Below, piece by piece: positions 61,947 to 64,000 of a DNA stretch of 64,000 nt (position 1 is the first letter of the stretch; each line of letters opens with the position of its first letter). The stretch is from Mustelus asterias. Lineage: Eukaryota. The stretch covers positions 2,666,001 through 2,730,000 of the forward strand of contig NW_027590121.1 in assembly GCF_964213995.1 (NCBI RefSeq), given 5' to 3'. Both the position numbers and the translations under genes were made by a program. The notes beneath the pieces were generated by a model. The model was not told the DNA's origin and did not search any database. It saw only the letters and a program-made list of their open reading frames with translations.

Positions 61947-62621
61947 ATGGAGAAACCGTGGAAATGTGCAGACTGTGGGAAGAGATACAGAGCCCCATCT
62001 CTGCTGGCAGCTCATCGGCGCAGCCACACTGGGGAGAGACCATTCACCTGCTCACAGTGTGAGAAGGGATTCATTCAGTTATCCAGCCTGCGGACACACG
62101 AGCGAGTTCACACTGGGGAGAGGCCATTCACCTGCTCGGAATGTGGGAAGGGATTCACGCAGTCATCCCACCTGCAGACACACCAGCGAGTTCACACTGG
62201 GGAGAGGCCATTCACTTGCTCTCAGTGTGGGAAGGGATTCATTCAGTTATCCAGCCTGCAGAGACACCAGCGAGTTCACACTGGAGAGAGGCCGTTCACC
62301 TGCTCTCAGTGTGGGAAGGGATTCACTCAGTTATCCAGCCTGCGGACACACCAGCGAGTTCACACTGGGGAGAGGCTGTTCACCTGCTCTCATTGTGGGG
62401 AGGGATTCACTTGTTCATCTAACCTGCGGACACACCAGCGGGTTCACACTGGGGAGAGGCCATTCACCTGCTCTCAGTGTGGGAAGGGATTCACTCAGTT
62501 ATCCAGCCTGCAGAGACACCAGCGAGTTCACACTGGCGAGAGGCCGTTTACCTGCTCTCAGTGTGGGAAGGGTTTCAGCGTTTCATCCCGGCTGCTGAGA
62601 CACCAGCAAGTTCACGAGTGA
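61947..62621 (+). CDS. C2H2 zinc-finger protein, finger-only, 8 intact fingers (224 aa)
   Basis: GCACCATGG start; inverted paralogue of the 32561 gene. Confidence 0.9.
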   Translation: MEKPWKCADCGKRYRAPSLLAAHRRSHTGERPFTCSQCEKGFIQLSSLRTHERVHTGERPFTCSECGKGFTQSSHLQTHQRVHTGERPFTCSQCGKGFIQLSSLQRHQRVHTGERPFTCSQCGKGFTQLSSLRTHQRVHTGERLFTCSHCGEGFTCSSNLRTHQRVHTGERPFTCSQCGKGFTQLSSLQRHQRVHTGERPFTCSQCGKGFSVSSRLLRHQQVHE

Positions 62622-62864
62622 TTCCAGGGGTTGGATTCTGCTGTTATTGTTTCTGCTCTCAGTTGCATCCAGGACTGCATTTTGTTCATTCTCACAGTTC
62701 GTCAATGGGAAGGGTCAGAGGGTTTCTTTGTGCTGGACTGGCCGGTCTCAGTCTCCAGTGGGCTGATATTCTTTGAGTCTTTTTGCAAATACCTGGTTTC
62801 AAATGTCACAAGGATCACAGAGTGACAGGGTGTTAGGAAGTTTAGAGATATTTTGTCAGAAGAA

Positions 62865-63930
62865 AACAGAGGTTGGCAGTGCAAAGGTACATTTCTGAAT
62901 GGAGGGCTGTGACAAGTGACATTCCTCAGCGATCAGTGCTGGGACTTTTGCTGTTTGTAATATATATAAATGGTTTGGAGGAAAATGTTACTGGTTTGAT
63001 TGGTAAGTTTGTGGACGACACAAAGGTTGGTGGAATTGCGGATAGTGATGGGGACCGGCAGAGGATACAGCAGGATATAGATCAGTTGGAGACTTGGGCG
63101 GAGAGATGGCCGATGAAGTTTAATCCGGACAAATGTGAGGTAATGCATTTTGGAAGGTCTAATACAGATGGGAAATATACAGTTATTGGCAGAACCCTTA
63201 AGAGTATTGATAGGCAGAAGGATCTGGGTGTACAGGTACACAGGTCATTGAAAGTGGCAATGCAGGTGGAGAAGGTCGTCAAGAAGGCATACGGCATGCT
63301 TGCCTTCATCGGCCGGGGCATTGAGTTTAAAAATTGGTAAGTCATGTTGCAGCTTTATAGAACCTTAGTTTGACCGCACTTGGAATCTAGTGTTCAATTC
63401 TGGTCACCACACTACCAGAAGGATGTGGAGGCTTTGGAGAGGGTACGGAAAATATTTATCAGGATGTTGTCTGGTGTGGAGGGCATTAGCTATGAGGAGA
63501 GGTTGGAGAAACTTGGTTTGTTCTCACTGGAACGACAGAGGTTGAGGGGGGCGACCTGATAGAAGTCTACAAGATTATGAGGGACATGGACAGAGTGGAT
63601 AATCTGAAGCTTTTTCCCAGGTTGGAAGAGTCAATTACTAGGGGGCATAGGTTTAAGGTGCGAGGGGCAAGGTTTAAAGGAGATGTACCAGGCAGGTTTT
63701 TTACACAGAGGGTGGTGGGTGCCTGGAACTCGTTGCCGGGGAAGGTAGTGGAAGCAGATACGATAGTGACTTTTAAGATGTGTCTTGACAAATATATGAA
63801 ATGCATAGGAATAGAGGGATATGGTCCCCGTAAAGGTAGGGGGTTTTAGTTCAGACGGGCAGCATGGTTGCTACAGGCTTGGAGGGCCAAAGGGCTTGTT
63901 TCTGTGCTGTAATTTTCTTTGTTCTTCGTT
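62865..63930 (+). mobile_element. CR1 LINE 3' part
   Basis: ORFs 62873-63340 and 63577-63849; TTTGTTCTT tail. Confidence 0.92.
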
Positions 63931-64000
63931 CTGTTTGGAACATCCCCAAATGCCCATCCAATTTCCTTTTTAATTGTTTATTGTCTCCACTTCCTCCACC

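Overview
Eukaryotic genomic DNA, by inference from a cartilaginous fish (shark): it carries HE1-type V-SINEs, young CR1/HER1-type LINEs with (TCTTATGG)n tails and Penelope-like elements. The window is a dense cluster of about 13 C2H2 zinc-finger genes, pseudogenes and remnants built from one repeated cassette. The cassette is a CpG-island promoter, short exon 1 (ATCT|GTGAG), a 66-nt exon 2, and a large last exon. The first 350-400 nt of the last exon are fossil, stop-ridden linker and finger sequence; the live ORF starts at a Met created inside a finger linker (GCACCATGG, M-E-K-P-W-K-C). Most genes sit in five head-to-head pairs around shared promoters, and units recur as direct and inverted segmental duplicates. 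Main observations: (i) finger-only ZNF genes with a recruited start codon; (ii) Tx1-type LINE 3' ends at the same position of ZNF exon 1 in three paralogues, suggesting target specificity; (iii) minimal hammerhead ribozymes with covarying stem I in Penelope-derived fold-back insertions, two of which captured foreign sequence (a local 54-mer; a U2-snRNA-containing filler); (iv) an island with an Ig V-J-type exon fragment and an orphan signal-peptide exon; (v) a two-tailed CR1 insertion; (vi) minisatellites grown from promoter and exon-1 sequence. All calls are by eye; no database searches were run, and repeat boundaries are approximate unless a TSD is quoted.
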